A stretch of DNA of 64,000 bases, from NCBI GenBank assembly GCA_947499545.1, contig CANMOZ010000010.1, forward strand, positions 52,775 through 116,774, given 5' to 3'. This document shows positions 20,442 to 30,995 of the stretch, piece after piece. A program made the position numbers and the translations under genes. Under the pieces are notes generated by a model. It did not search any database. It was not told the DNA's origin and saw only the letters and a list, made by a program, of their open reading frames with translations. This DNA is from an uncultured Saccharospirillaceae bacterium. Its GTDB lineage: Bacteria; Pseudomonadota; Gammaproteobacteria; Pseudomonadales; Oceanobacteraceae. Numbering within the stretch: position 1 is the stretch's first letter; each line of letters starts with the position of its first letter.

Positions 20442-21090
20442 ACTTTGCCTTTCTCTCTATGTAGTCTTTCAACCTTGAAATCCATAGGTCTGGTAAATGG
20501 TAATATTGACTTAAGTTTAATTTTGTTAGCTCCTCATTTATATGTAAAATAGCTGTTGGGTAAGAGAATCCATTCACACTTCTTAACAACACACTAGATT
20601 CTTTAAAGTGGTTGTGCATATCCGCAAACGAGACACTGTGATAACTCTTTAGAAAATTATTTCTCTCAACAGGGTCAGAACTAACTATACTTACAAGGGT
20701 TTTAACATTACTTATATCCCTACCGTGATTAAAATGGGCGTTTTGGATTCTAATGAGTGTTTCAAGACCACAACTGTGATTTCTTTCATTGATCATAATT
20801 GCACGCGAAGCTGGCTCTGAGTTTAATACATGCCCATCTTTTCTCATCATACTTTGATACTCTTTGCCAAATGGCATTCCTGTCAGCTCTTCAATTCTTT
20901 GATCGCTCTCTTTTACTTTATCTCTCCATTGAGCTGATATTTCACGAGTATTATTAAACGCCAACATTCCTCCACTCTGGACACGAATATCTAAATCTTC
21001 TACTTTTAGTAACTTAGAGAATATGGGTGTTGCTGCGTAAGTCCAACCACATAATGGATCAATTACAAAGTAGAGGGTTGGTTTTTTCAT
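20392..21090 (-). CDS. DsbA-like thioredoxin-fold protein
   Basis: N-terminus LYFVIDPLCGWTYAATPIF carries a CxxT/C-like thioredoxin-fold motif. 232 aa. Overlaps the downstream gene by 50 bp. Confidence 0.55.
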   Translation of the reverse strand: MKKPTLYFVIDPLCGWTYAATPIFSKLLKVEDLDIRVQSGGMLAFNNTREISAQWRDKVKESDQRIEELTGMPFGKEYQSMMRKDGHVLNSEPASRAIMINERNHSCGLETLIRIQNAHFNHGRDISNVKTLVSIVSSDPVERNNFLKSYHSVSFADMHNHFKESSVLLRSVNGFSYPTAILHINEELTKLNLSQYYHLPDLWISRLKDYIERKAKYESKDFNRNININSGV

Positions 21091-21769
21091 TTTCGTACCA
21101 ATGACAGCTATGATTAATTGTTCAGATCAGTTATGAAAAACACATATGTATTTTTCGTGAGTTGCAAACTTGAAACACTTAATGAACGCCATCCTCCACC
21201 CATCGTTTCATTTTGGGCTTCAGCCATATTTGTTTCACAAAAATGTATTAAACTGGCACCTTCACTGCGTAACACCTGCAGCGCATACCTTCACAAGCAA
21301 AGTTCGTTGAATGCAGAAATACTATATCCCTCATATTGAAGTCGAAAAACACCATTATTGAGTCAGTACTGTTGCATAATTTGCTCAAATACTTATTCGA
21401 GAAGTATCGAATTGAAAGCAAGCCCTTAGCGACTAAAGGATATAGTGTCTATAGAATGGAATAAGCAATCTGTTCGACTGAAATATTGTTGTGAATATGT
21501 TTAACTCCCCTCTTTGAGACTCTAAGCATGAATTTAAATAGAATATAGGTGTCATGGATTAATCAATGCTCATCCGCTCAATCTGAAGAAACCTCTACAG
21601 GGCCTACCTTAAAATCAAGCTATCACAGCAGTGCGAGCACATACACACAGCCATATACAGTCATCATTTAACCGGTTTAAGCAACAAACTTGATCAATTT
21701 GTTTAGTTTATAGATGTCATCCAATAACGTAAATTATGGCTCCTTTTCACCTTACATCAGGAGCCAACC

Positions 21770-22888
21770 ATGCAGCCCAAACGAACCTATTCAATGCAAA
21801 CAAAGTGGTTGGGAGGCATTTTTCTTACATCAAGCTTCGTCCTTACTATCTGTATAAGTTTCTTAAGTTCTAATAGTCAGAGCAAACCCATTCCTGGCAT
21901 GCCGGAACATCATGTGGAAGGCGGCTTTAAAAACCCATATCAACCACCTGAGTACAAGCCTAGTCTTGGACGCTATATTTGGATGCGCTTAACAAATGAA
22001 TTGCCTTATGCGGATTGGGAGGGTAAAGAAGCGTTAGTACCCAATAAGAAGCTAGACCCATCAACATTGGTAACTGCTGCTCCCAATACCGCCCAAGTCA
22101 GCTGGATAGGTCACTCAACCTTTTTGATTCAGTATTTAGGGGTTAATATTTTAACGGATCCAATCTTCTCTGAACGCAGCTCTCCAGTATCATGGGCTGG
22201 ACCTAAAAGAATCATACCTCCAGCTATTTCTATCCAATCATTACCCTCCATTGATTATGTTGTGATTTCTCATTCGCATTATGATCACTTAGATATCAAT
22301 TCGGTTAATCAATTACCTGGAAATCCTCATTTTTTTGTCCCTTTAGGTTTAAAAGAGTGGTTTCTTGAAATTGGGATTTCAACTGAACGTGTCACTGAGC
22401 TGGACTGGTGGGATGGAGAAGTAAAGGAAAATGGTAAGCTATGGGTTCAAGCAACCCCTAGCCAACATTTTTCAGGCAGAACGCCATTTAACTTCAATGA
22501 AACCTTATGGGCAAGCTGGATGATAACCCTAGGAGACACAAAATTTTGGTTTGCTGGTGATACCGGCTATAACCCTCATCAATTTAAACAGATTGGAAAT
22601 CAGTTAGGACCTGTAGATCTCGCCCTAATACCAATTGGAGCTTATAGCCCAAGGTGGTTTATGAAGCAACAACATGTCAACCCAGAAGAAGCTATAAAAA
22701 TAGCTAAAGACATAAAAGCAAAAAAAAGCGTAGGTATGCATTGGGGAACATTTCAATTAACTGCTGAGGATGTTATTGACCCTCTAATAGATCTAGAAAA
22801 CGCAAAAAGAAAAATCAACATTAACGATGAAGATTTTACAACAATGGCTATTGGAGAAACGCTTTACCTTCAAAAAAGCAATCCATGA
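21770..22888 (+). CDS. Membrane-anchored MBL-fold metallo-hydrolase (NAPE-PLD-like)
   Basis: N-terminal TM helix, then the ISHSHYDHLD metal-binding motif and downstream GD/H motifs of the metallo-beta-lactamase superfamily. Confidence 0.75.
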   Translation: MQPKRTYSMQTKWLGGIFLTSSFVLTICISFLSSNSQSKPIPGMPEHHVEGGFKNPYQPPEYKPSLGRYIWMRLTNELPYADWEGKEALVPNKKLDPSTLVTAAPNTAQVSWIGHSTFLIQYLGVNILTDPIFSERSSPVSWAGPKRIIPPAISIQSLPSIDYVVISHSHYDHLDINSVNQLPGNPHFFVPLGLKEWFLEIGISTERVTELDWWDGEVKENGKLWVQATPSQHFSGRTPFNFNETLWASWMITLGDTKFWFAGDTGYNPHQFKQIGNQLGPVDLALIPIGAYSPRWFMKQQHVNPEEAIKIAKDIKAKKSVGMHWGTFQLTAEDVIDPLIDLENAKRKININDEDFTTMAIGETLYLQKSNP

Positions 22889-22973
22889 TTTTAGAGGCTA
22901 TTAAAACACTGATTAAATTGGCATTTAAAAGTTTCTCACGACCACCCCTTACTATCGAGGATGAAGCAATATT

Positions 22974-23567
22974 ATGAATCTCAAAAACACTGAACACAAT
23001 TATGGTGTCATTGCTAAACACCTTCACTGGATAACGGCTTTACTCTTTCTGGGAGCTTACATCAGCGTATACTTTGGTCAATGGTTTACTGATCCAAAGA
23101 CATCCGAAAATTGGACAGCACTTCAACTTCACTTATCTTTTGGTATTTCTATAGGGGTATTAGTCGTATTACGGATTATATGGAGAATAACGAATATTAC
23201 TCCAAAAGAAGAACCTGGTACAAACTTAGAACATAAAATCGCAAAATTTGGGCACCTTTCCCTATATACCATCATGCTGATACTGCCTATCACAGGATAT
23301 ATAGGAACAGGAGTAGCAACTGAGTTTTACTTCCTATTTGACATACCCAAATTCCAAGACACCATAATGTTTAAAGAATTGATAGAAAATACTTTAGATT
23401 TAAGCTTTAAAGAGTTCGAAAAGCCGATTGATTTTATTCATAAAAACATACTTGGAGCCTGGCTTGCATGGATACTGATTGCAGGCCACATTGGAGCTGC
23501 GTTATACCACCACTTTATCAGAAAAGACAGAACTTTGTATAAAATGACAAACAACAATGACTCATAA
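22974..23567 (+). CDS. Cytochrome b561 family protein
   Basis: 197 aa with four TM helices and conserved His residues (HLHWITALLFLGAY ... AWILIAGHIGAALYHHFIRKD). Typical of CybB/YceJ. Confidence 0.8.
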   Translation: MNLKNTEHNYGVIAKHLHWITALLFLGAYISVYFGQWFTDPKTSENWTALQLHLSFGISIGVLVVLRIIWRITNITPKEEPGTNLEHKIAKFGHLSLYTIMLILPITGYIGTGVATEFYFLFDIPKFQDTIMFKELIENTLDLSFKEFEKPIDFIHKNILGAWLAWILIAGHIGAALYHHFIRKDRTLYKMTNNNDS

Positions 23568-23764
23568 AAATTAATTGTCTATGAATATAGTTAGTACTAA
23601 TTTTGCCTTATCAATAGATCAAAGGCATTAAAAACACCAACAAGGGCTAAGTAACTTTTAGCCCATTGAAAATGGATGCCTTATTATAAACTCAACCTAA
23701 AATTACTCAACTCATTCAACTATTTTATTTGCAGTATTTAAAGCTCCATTTTTAGGTCACAACC

Positions 23765-24631
23765 CTAACCACTAGGCATACAGCATCGCTTGTATTTTTT
23801 TCCACTCCCACAGGGACATGATCCATTTTTATTGACTTTTATATCCTGCAAAATTGCTCGTACATCCTGCTTATAAAATTCCGTTAATGCTTTAAATAAT
23901 TCAGGGTGCTTTTTGGACATAAGATGCGGTCTTTCAAAAAAATATTCAGTAGCTACAGCAAAAAATTCAGCTCTATTTTTAGCACCATAGTCTGAAATAT
24001 TGCTTTTCTTATCATGTATCTCACGCGTTTTTTTCTCAACTAATGAAAACCAAGGAATAGTATACTGAAAGGCCATCAATTGCTCAGGAAAACCGTCACA
24101 CTCACCATCAGCCATATCAATAAGATGAGCAAATTCATGAATGCCTACATTTTGTTTGTCTCGGGAATTTTTGAACCCTTGATAGAGATGATGATGACTA
24201 AGCACCATTTTTCCAGACATTGGACCTGTACCAACCATACCGGCTATATGTGAATCATGTTGATAACACTCAAAGTTTTCATTAAAAGATGTTGGCAAAA
24301 GGTATACTGATTCTAAATTGAAGTAATGCCAATTATCAAAACCCCAAACAGGTATGATAGCGCTAGCCGCGACCAAGAGTCGATCTTCATCAGACACATC
24401 CACCTGGCCAGATTCAACCGAAGTGGTATATAAAAAAAGTATGATTCTTCGATTAAACAACAATTTATCTTTTTCCGATAACCCTCTATAGAATAGAACA
24501 TGTTCTTCTAAAAATTTTGACCACCGCTCTTGCCAAACAATGGTTTGTTCTTGAGCACTTGGAAAAAAACATTGCTTTAACCACAAAAAAACTTGACGTA
24601 TCATTTTCTGACCCATTTTTATACAAATCAA
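23765..24631 (-). CDS. MtfA-like zinc peptidase (M90) with C-terminal SEC-C metal-binding motif
   Basis: HEFAHLIDMADGECDGFP and AEFFAVATEYFFERPHLMSKKHPELFKALTEFYKQD align to E. coli MtfA (HEVAHKLD..., ECFAVLSEYFF...FPSLWQRFCQFYQQD). C-terminal CPCGSGKKYKRCC is a SEC-C motif. Confidence 0.8.
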   Translation of the reverse strand: MICIKMGQKMIRQVFLWLKQCFFPSAQEQTIVWQERWSKFLEEHVLFYRGLSEKDKLLFNRRIILFLYTTSVESGQVDVSDEDRLLVAASAIIPVWGFDNWHYFNLESVYLLPTSFNENFECYQHDSHIAGMVGTGPMSGKMVLSHHHLYQGFKNSRDKQNVGIHEFAHLIDMADGECDGFPEQLMAFQYTIPWFSLVEKKTREIHDKKSNISDYGAKNRAEFFAVATEYFFERPHLMSKKHPELFKALTEFYKQDVRAILQDIKVNKNGSCPCGSGKKYKRCCMPSG

Positions 24632-24667
24632 AAATAATTAATCCAGCACTCTATTCTGCTCGTTTTG

Positions 24668-25237
24668 TCATGATTTCACTCCCCTTCCCAAGCTCCATTT
24701 TGCATGCATGTATGAAAATATAATGCCTGCCAGCGCACCGAACAGGTGCGATTCAAACGAGATAGCGTGATCAATTGGAAGCACGCCAAAGACCAAGCCA
24801 CCATATAAAAATACTACCAATAACGCTATCGAAATGCTTTTAATACTTCTTTCAAACCAACCAGAAGCAATAGACAACCCCCAGAGACCAAAGACCCATC
24901 CGCTCGCACCGATGTGCACGGCCGACCGCCCCAAACTCCATACTAGCCCACCGCTAACCAGGATGATAAAAAGGCTAGCAACCATGAAGTATCTTATGGA
25001 TCGCAATATACAAATCGTACCGAGCGTGCAAAAAACCGCCAAATTACTAAACAGGTGGTTCCAATCAAAATGAATAAAAGGAGCTGTAAACAGTTGAAAA
25101 AATAAACGGGGGTTTCTAGGAATAATGCCATACTGTGTTAAATCACCATCCATGGCGACATTAACAACTTGAATAATAATAAAAGTAGAAACCAAAAATA
25201 AGATAACGAGCAGCTTTTTCTTTATTTGAACAATCAT
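24668..25237 (-). CDS. Rhomboid-family intramembrane serine protease
   Basis: 189 aa, polytopic. Carries the HxxxN motif (FIHFDWNHLFSNL), the catalytic GASG (HIGASGWVFGLWG) and the catalytic His in ESHLFGALAGI. Start is 8 bp from the giant ATPase stop. Confidence 0.8.
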   Translation of the reverse strand: MIVQIKKKLLVILFLVSTFIIIQVVNVAMDGDLTQYGIIPRNPRLFFQLFTAPFIHFDWNHLFSNLAVFCTLGTICILRSIRYFMVASLFIILVSGGLVWSLGRSAVHIGASGWVFGLWGLSIASGWFERSIKSISIALLVVFLYGGLVFGVLPIDHAISFESHLFGALAGIIFSYMHAKWSLGRGVKS

Positions 25238-25244
25238 TGTTTGA

Positions 25245-28200
25245 TTAACTCAACTCATCTTCATCCTCTTCGGCTTTTGCTCCCATTATCTCTGTTTTAA
25301 TCGCTCTTAATTGATTTGAAATGTAAGTCATTTTGACATGATTAAGCATGTCAATATCCAACTTTTTATCTAAGCTTTGCAATACTGGAAAAATGGTTTC
25401 CTGAATAGTATCAGCCAATGTAGATAACACTTTATCCATGCCAGGAACTGGCTGATTCACAACTTTTATTTCAGGCTGAGACTTATGTTGTAATGCATTT
25501 GATAGCTTTTCAATCGCCGCTGCTATTTCTTTCGCTCGAGCTTCATCTTTGTTTGCTTCAAAGTGCGTTGCCTTAACGGCAACATCAGATAGTTGACCTA
25601 TCTTTTCAGCTACCTGCCATATTTGTGATGGCAATGTATCAAGCGGCGTAACACTGGTTAGTTGCTTTACATTGTCAGACAGCGCCTGAACTTCTTCTGC
25701 TATTTTTTCTGCTGCATCTTGCTTTGACAATGAACGGATACCATAATTGAGATCTTCCAGCTGAGTTGTAATTTGCTGCACCAAATCACCTCGTGTACGA
25801 GTTTGTAGCCTTACACTGCTGACTAAACTCTCCATTTGTGATGCCATTTTTTCTGCAGAATCCCCTTTAGCAATACTTTGAATACCTTGTGCTATCGTTT
25901 GCATTTGCTGAGCCAGTTGTTGGGTCGTGTCTACTTCTGCTAAAGCCTGAACACCATCAACCAATTCTGACAACTTTGCAACGACCCTAGTGCCTGTATC
26001 CGTTTCACTGCCACCTAAAGCTTTGATTTTAAGAAAATCTTCTTTAATACCTTGCCAGCGCTCTATTTGCTCGGCTGTCATGTTGCCTCTCAGTTCAGCC
26101 AATTTTAATAAATTAGCTTCCGCACCAGTGGTCAACAATTGCGCTTCGCCTACATAATGGTCAGCGATCATTTGCATCAATTCACCCTCATTCATGACCG
26201 CTGACACTTTTTCGGACATTTTATTCATATTCCGATAGCTGCCTTGAAGCTTAAAAGGAGGCTCAACTCGATACTGATCATCTTGTGCAGCCGAAGCAAT
26301 GTACTCTTGATTTATTTTTAAAACAACATCACGAATCACCATCATCTTTCTCAACACTTCAACTATTTCTGTAATTTCAGCTGAACTGTATTGATGGGAT
26401 AAATCTGTTGTTGCTATTTCAGCTCCCTTAGCCATATCAATGAGTTTATACACATCGTCCATATCTCTTAAAGCCAGTGGAGCTAAAGCTTGATTCGATG
26501 TCAGTGCGTTTTCTAAATAACTAAGTGCAAATATTTCATCCATGCCGCCTAAAATATCACCTAGATTGTAGATATCTGCACGGTTGGCAAGCATATCAGG
26601 AATTTTGAATGTCTCACCTGATTCAGTATATGGGTTACCCGCCATTACCACGCAGAATTTTCGTCCACGCATATCATAGGTTTTGGTTTTGCCTTTCCAA
26701 ACACCGTCTATTCTTCGAGTTCCATCACAGAGTGAAATGAATTTTTGTAAAAACTCCGCATCTGTATGCTGTATATCATCCAGATATAACATGACGTTGT
26801 TACCCATTTCCAGTGCTAGATTTAGCTTTTCTAGCTCTTTTCTAGCTGTAGCATTCGGAGCCTGTTCTGGGTCAAGGGATACAACATCATGTCCCAATGA
26901 AGGACAGTTAACCTTCATAAAAATCAATCCAAGTCTATTTGCCACGTACTCCATTAGAGTTGTCTTACCGTAACCTGGGGGTGAAATCATCATCAACAGC
27001 CCCATCAGATCAGTCCGTTTACTGTCCCCCATGGTTCCCATTTGCTTGGCTAAATTATCGCCAATGATGGGTAGGTATGACTCATTAATCAGGCGATTTC
27101 GTACAAAGGAACTTAATGGGCGAGCTTTAAACTCATTTAAACGTAACGCCTCTCGCTCCGTTTCAATTACCTGCTGACGAATGTCCAAATAACGATGATA
27201 AGCTGGTACTGCTTCAAATCGATGCTGCTCCATTTTTAATAAAAACAGATCAAGTCCAAATGCTAGCGTTCTGTCCTTAATCTTTGGATGATCCCCCATA
27301 AGTCCTGAAACAGACAATTCAATATCAACCTCTGTATGACGGCGCTCTAAACGCTCATCAGCATTGATTAAAGCGACAGCTTCGGGAATGTAGCGCTTTA
27401 GTCCAGTTAAATCATTGTCATGAATCATGGCTTCAAGCCAAGCCGTTGTAAGGTTCCAGCGTTCAGCTGGCCAACCCAACATCTTCTCTAATGCCATTTG
27501 AAAACGTCGCCAGGTTTCATCCGCCATAGATTGCTTCAAAGCATCACACAACTGAGTTGCATATTTACTGGTGATAAACCCTTCTCTTTCACGGCCTAGC
27601 TCAGCAACCAAATAGTCTGCTGCTAAACGAATATTCAGTTCTGTAACGGGTAGCGGATGCTTCTCAATAAAGGCTCGCATTGATCCAGCCACTTCTGTCG
27701 CTAACAAGTCAATGGCTTCTGAACTACCGAACACAGCAGCCATTTGCGCAGCTGAACGAGCACGTTCTGGCCAAGTGTTAAATGAAAGCACCGCCTGCTC
27801 TTGTTCAGATTGGACTCTACTGCGCGCTTTACCTTTGATATTGGCCCAAAATATTTGAGCTAATCCTCTACTCGTAGGGTCATATTTAAGTAAATCGGCA
27901 CTTTCTATAGCAGGAATTAATGCTGTTAAGAGTTGAACGGCGTCATGATCATGTATTCCTTTCTCATACCCTTCTTTATAACGCGGGCTCGCGTACTCAC
28001 GTACTAAAGCGTATAATTCATCTTCTTTCAAAAGTGCTTTTTTGAGTTTATCATTTGATAAACCAGCACGCTGATGCTTGGCATCATCAAGAATAAGAGC
28101 AGCCAAATACTCCGCACGATATACGCTAGGCGTTTCTGACTCAAGGTTCATTTCCCAGTAATCACGAAGTCCTAGCAATTCTTCGTGTTTAATAGGCTCA

Positions 28201-30893
28201 TAATAATCTGTTCCTGTCAAATGAACATTTAATTCGCCTTTTCTAGGGATAATCGTAAGATCAAGCTCCTGTGTATTAACTGAAAACCGATGCCTTGGCC
28301 CTAATTTAATGACAGAGCCACCCTCTTCATAAATATCGGTTTTATCCCTTAATGACCGAAGTGCTTGTTCTTTAATGGCTTTGATTCTAGCTTCAATATC
28401 ATCTGCTTTGATCGCTGCATCTAGAGTTCGAAGTTGCTCTATCTGCTCACGAATTTTCATTGCTAACGCATCCGATGCAAAATAGGTATTGAGTTCATCG
28501 GGTTGCGTAAATTTTAAAGAACGTTTTTCAATATTGTTAAGAATTCTTGCAGCTGCATCTGCAACGCTTTGAGCTTTTCTTTGCTGTTCGTCAAGCAGCT
28601 GTTGTTTATGGCTTTCGAAAGATTCGTAGATTTCTTCTCGTTTTTCTAAGATATCAGCCTGAAAATCATCAAACTCACTGTACTGACTCTCCAATTCTTC
28701 TAATTGAATCAATAAGCGGGAAAGTTGCTCATCGCACTTCTCAGGTGTATTCGAGGCACCTAAAGCATTTGAAATACTTTGACTAAAGAGTTTAAATTGA
28801 GCTCCAAACTGGGCAATTGCTTCTGAAGAACCCATTGATTTTTGTTTATGTTTTGCATTGGCTTTACACTGATTAAGCTTTGAATACACCAATGAAATTG
28901 ATTCAATAATACGGGTTCTTATAGTAGCATCATCAACTTTCAGCGTTCCCATCAACTCAGACAATAAATCTAAACCCTGCGTTGTTTCTTCAATGCTTTC
29001 TAAAATTGGTTCTAATTCTGCTACAGTAACGGCTTTATCAACTTCTTTATTAAAATGATCGACTTTGGCTTGATAAGGCTCCAATGATTTCTCATCAGAA
29101 AGAAAATCAACCGTTTTCTCACTTAGCTCTTGCTCTGCTATTTTAAGCTCTTGGTCTAATTGATCAACACGATCAGTATCAATGTAACGCAAATCTTTTA
29201 TCGTCACCAAGTGACCACGTTGTTTTCTAAGGTCACTTAATGCATTAACATATTCTTCTACGGTTTCCCAAGTAGCCGTTTTTATTGCAGAAATCAGCGA
29301 TTGTTGTTTCTGCTCAGCTTCTTGCATTGCTTTATTTGATTGTTTTTGAATGCTCTTAACTTTTTCAAATTCGTCAATCACGAGTTCTGACGTATCGGTA
29401 ATCTGACGCAATGTCGCTGAGATCGATTCAACTTCTCTTTCATTCATCCAAAAGTGATCATCAAAGATTCGTTTTGATGATTTACTTAGTTCTTCGTATA
29501 ACTTTGAAGAAACACTCTGGTTATTAATTAAACGAAAAATACTGTAAAGATCAGAAACGCCCCTCACCAATTCTGCGTTTCCAATTCGCCCAAAAAAGGA
29601 TTGCCTTGGAGGCGCTTTGCTAGCAAATTCATCACTTATATAAGGTGTTTGCCAAATTTGCATGGGGTGAACACGAGTCGGTTCAACTTCGGCAGAAAAG
29701 ATAACTAAGCGACCATCTTCTCCTAACGCATACCCATGACCATAGATTGGGTTTTTCAGCGTTTTTTCAATCAGATTATAAGCAAATAAACCGACAATGC
29801 CTTCTCTAGGTTCATAGAATATATAGAGAACATCTTCACCATTAGGTGAACGAACCTTCTGTTGAAATTTTAAGCCTTCCGTCTTTTCATCGAAATACTT
29901 ATACTCGCCCGTTTGTAAATAATAACCACCAGGGAACATAATCCCATGATCTTCGGGGAGCTGGACGCAAGATTCTCCAAGTGCATCGACGCGAATCACT
30001 GTCTCTGTTAATTGGTTGAAGATAAAGTAACGCCATTTTTCTTCACGATATGGCAATACTTTCAGCAGGATCAAATCCCCAACCTTTGCATAAGCGAATT
30101 GCCCATCGTCTAACGATTGGGTTTCATCTGTTACTGCTTCACGATAAATGCCTAAGCCGTCTTCAGTATTATTTTCAATTTTAATCGTTAGATCGCCACC
30201 AATCGTTTCAACGAAAAGGCTGTCTAAAATATTGACATGCGGATGTCGGCCATCAACACGATCTTCACGCGTAGTAGGAGTCCACTCAAAATCGTATTCT
30301 GGCGGCAATTGAATATCACGCTCACCACGATTATCAATATACTGAATCTTTGTCGCATCCGCAGATACTGACCACCGAAAGACTCGAATATCCTCTAGTT
30401 TTTCTCCAATTTGAAAGCCTGCTAGCAACTTTCCATTTCTGATCGTTAATTCAACGAGTTGCGTATGTTTGTAATATCGATAAAGCTCTTCAAAATCTTT
30501 GATAAATGCAGGATCACTAAGAAATGTATTATCTATTTTGATTGATTCCATTTCCAAGTTGTTATCGACTTCTGACAACTTGAACAATGCAAACACATCT
30601 TCAATTTTGGTTTCTTTTTTTAATCCAATGAATACGTTATAGCCAAATAATAGATGCTCACCAACTTGAACGATATCACGCGCGATACAGTTGTTTTCAG
30701 TTCGAACCCGCACTCTTCCAATGACACTCATCTCAGATGTGCCAAATTCTTTCAGTCGCGCTTGGTTTAGCTCTTGAATCTGTGTTTCAAGTATTTTTCC
30801 TTGTTCGTCCAAGCGTTTTTTTATAATCTCATAGGCGCCGCCTTCGGCAACAGCACTGTCAACTACCTCAGCAGACTGCTTTTGATCTACCAT
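25245..30893 (-). CDS. Giant (1882 aa) coiled-coil P-loop/AAA-type ATPase of unknown function, operonic with flotillin/NfeD/PspA
   Basis: One uninterrupted 5.6-kb ORF. Walker A ISPPGYGKTTLMEYVAN around aa 1275 and Walker B NVMLYLDDIQH about 70 aa later. Flanked by roughly 800 aa of N-terminal beta-rich plus coiled-coil sequence and about 450 aa of C-terminal coiled-coil. Confidence 0.85.
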   Translation of the reverse strand: MVDQKQSAEVVDSAVAEGGAYEIIKKRLDEQGKILETQIQELNQARLKEFGTSEMSVIGRVRVRTENNCIARDIVQVGEHLLFGYNVFIGLKKETKIEDVFALFKLSEVDNNLEMESIKIDNTFLSDPAFIKDFEELYRYYKHTQLVELTIRNGKLLAGFQIGEKLEDIRVFRWSVSADATKIQYIDNRGERDIQLPPEYDFEWTPTTREDRVDGRHPHVNILDSLFVETIGGDLTIKIENNTEDGLGIYREAVTDETQSLDDGQFAYAKVGDLILLKVLPYREEKWRYFIFNQLTETVIRVDALGESCVQLPEDHGIMFPGGYYLQTGEYKYFDEKTEGLKFQQKVRSPNGEDVLYIFYEPREGIVGLFAYNLIEKTLKNPIYGHGYALGEDGRLVIFSAEVEPTRVHPMQIWQTPYISDEFASKAPPRQSFFGRIGNAELVRGVSDLYSIFRLINNQSVSSKLYEELSKSSKRIFDDHFWMNEREVESISATLRQITDTSELVIDEFEKVKSIQKQSNKAMQEAEQKQQSLISAIKTATWETVEEYVNALSDLRKQRGHLVTIKDLRYIDTDRVDQLDQELKIAEQELSEKTVDFLSDEKSLEPYQAKVDHFNKEVDKAVTVAELEPILESIEETTQGLDLLSELMGTLKVDDATIRTRIIESISLVYSKLNQCKANAKHKQKSMGSSEAIAQFGAQFKLFSQSISNALGASNTPEKCDEQLSRLLIQLEELESQYSEFDDFQADILEKREEIYESFESHKQQLLDEQQRKAQSVADAAARILNNIEKRSLKFTQPDELNTYFASDALAMKIREQIEQLRTLDAAIKADDIEARIKAIKEQALRSLRDKTDIYEEGGSVIKLGPRHRFSVNTQELDLTIIPRKGELNVHLTGTDYYEPIKHEELLGLRDYWEMNLESETPSVYRAEYLAALILDDAKHQRAGLSNDKLKKALLKEDELYALVREYASPRYKEGYEKGIHDHDAVQLLTALIPAIESADLLKYDPTSRGLAQIFWANIKGKARSRVQSEQEQAVLSFNTWPERARSAAQMAAVFGSSEAIDLLATEVAGSMRAFIEKHPLPVTELNIRLAADYLVAELGREREGFITSKYATQLCDALKQSMADETWRRFQMALEKMLGWPAERWNLTTAWLEAMIHDNDLTGLKRYIPEAVALINADERLERRHTEVDIELSVSGLMGDHPKIKDRTLAFGLDLFLLKMEQHRFEAVPAYHRYLDIRQQVIETEREALRLNEFKARPLSSFVRNRLINESYLPIIGDNLAKQMGTMGDSKRTDLMGLLMMISPPGYGKTTLMEYVANRLGLIFMKVNCPSLGHDVVSLDPEQAPNATARKELEKLNLALEMGNNVMLYLDDIQHTDAEFLQKFISLCDGTRRIDGVWKGKTKTYDMRGRKFCVVMAGNPYTESGETFKIPDMLANRADIYNLGDILGGMDEIFALSYLENALTSNQALAPLALRDMDDVYKLIDMAKGAEIATTDLSHQYSSAEITEIVEVLRKMMVIRDVVLKINQEYIASAAQDDQYRVEPPFKLQGSYRNMNKMSEKVSAVMNEGELMQMIADHYVGEAQLLTTGAEANLLKLAELRGNMTAEQIERWQGIKEDFLKIKALGGSETDTGTRVVAKLSELVDGVQALAEVDTTQQLAQQMQTIAQGIQSIAKGDSAEKMASQMESLVSSVRLQTRTRGDLVQQITTQLEDLNYGIRSLSKQDAAEKIAEEVQALSDNVKQLTSVTPLDTLPSQIWQVAEKIGQLSDVAVKATHFEANKDEARAKEIAAAIEKLSNALQHKSQPEIKVVNQPVPGMDKVLSTLADTIQETIFPVLQSLDKKLDIDMLNHVKMTYISNQLRAIKTEIMGAKAEEDEDELS

Positions 30894-30995
30894 ATTACAA
30901 CCCTTTTGCCGTGAACATCAGCCGATTTGCTTAGCTATCAACGTATTGCTATCTAACAAAATATTTGGGAGGGAATAAACCCCTCCCAAGCATTG

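Noticed and set aside
23643-23663. GGGCTAAGTAACTTTTAGCCC hairpin downstream of cytochrome b561 and the MtfA-like gene
   Set aside because: Short 7-bp stem without a convincing U-tract on either strand. A terminator call could not be supported.
26683-26973. 96-aa plus-strand ORF inside the giant ATPase gene (and similar ones at 28547-28786, 31293-31839, 31992-32225)
   Set aside because: Antisense shadow ORFs within long, clearly coding minus-strand genes.
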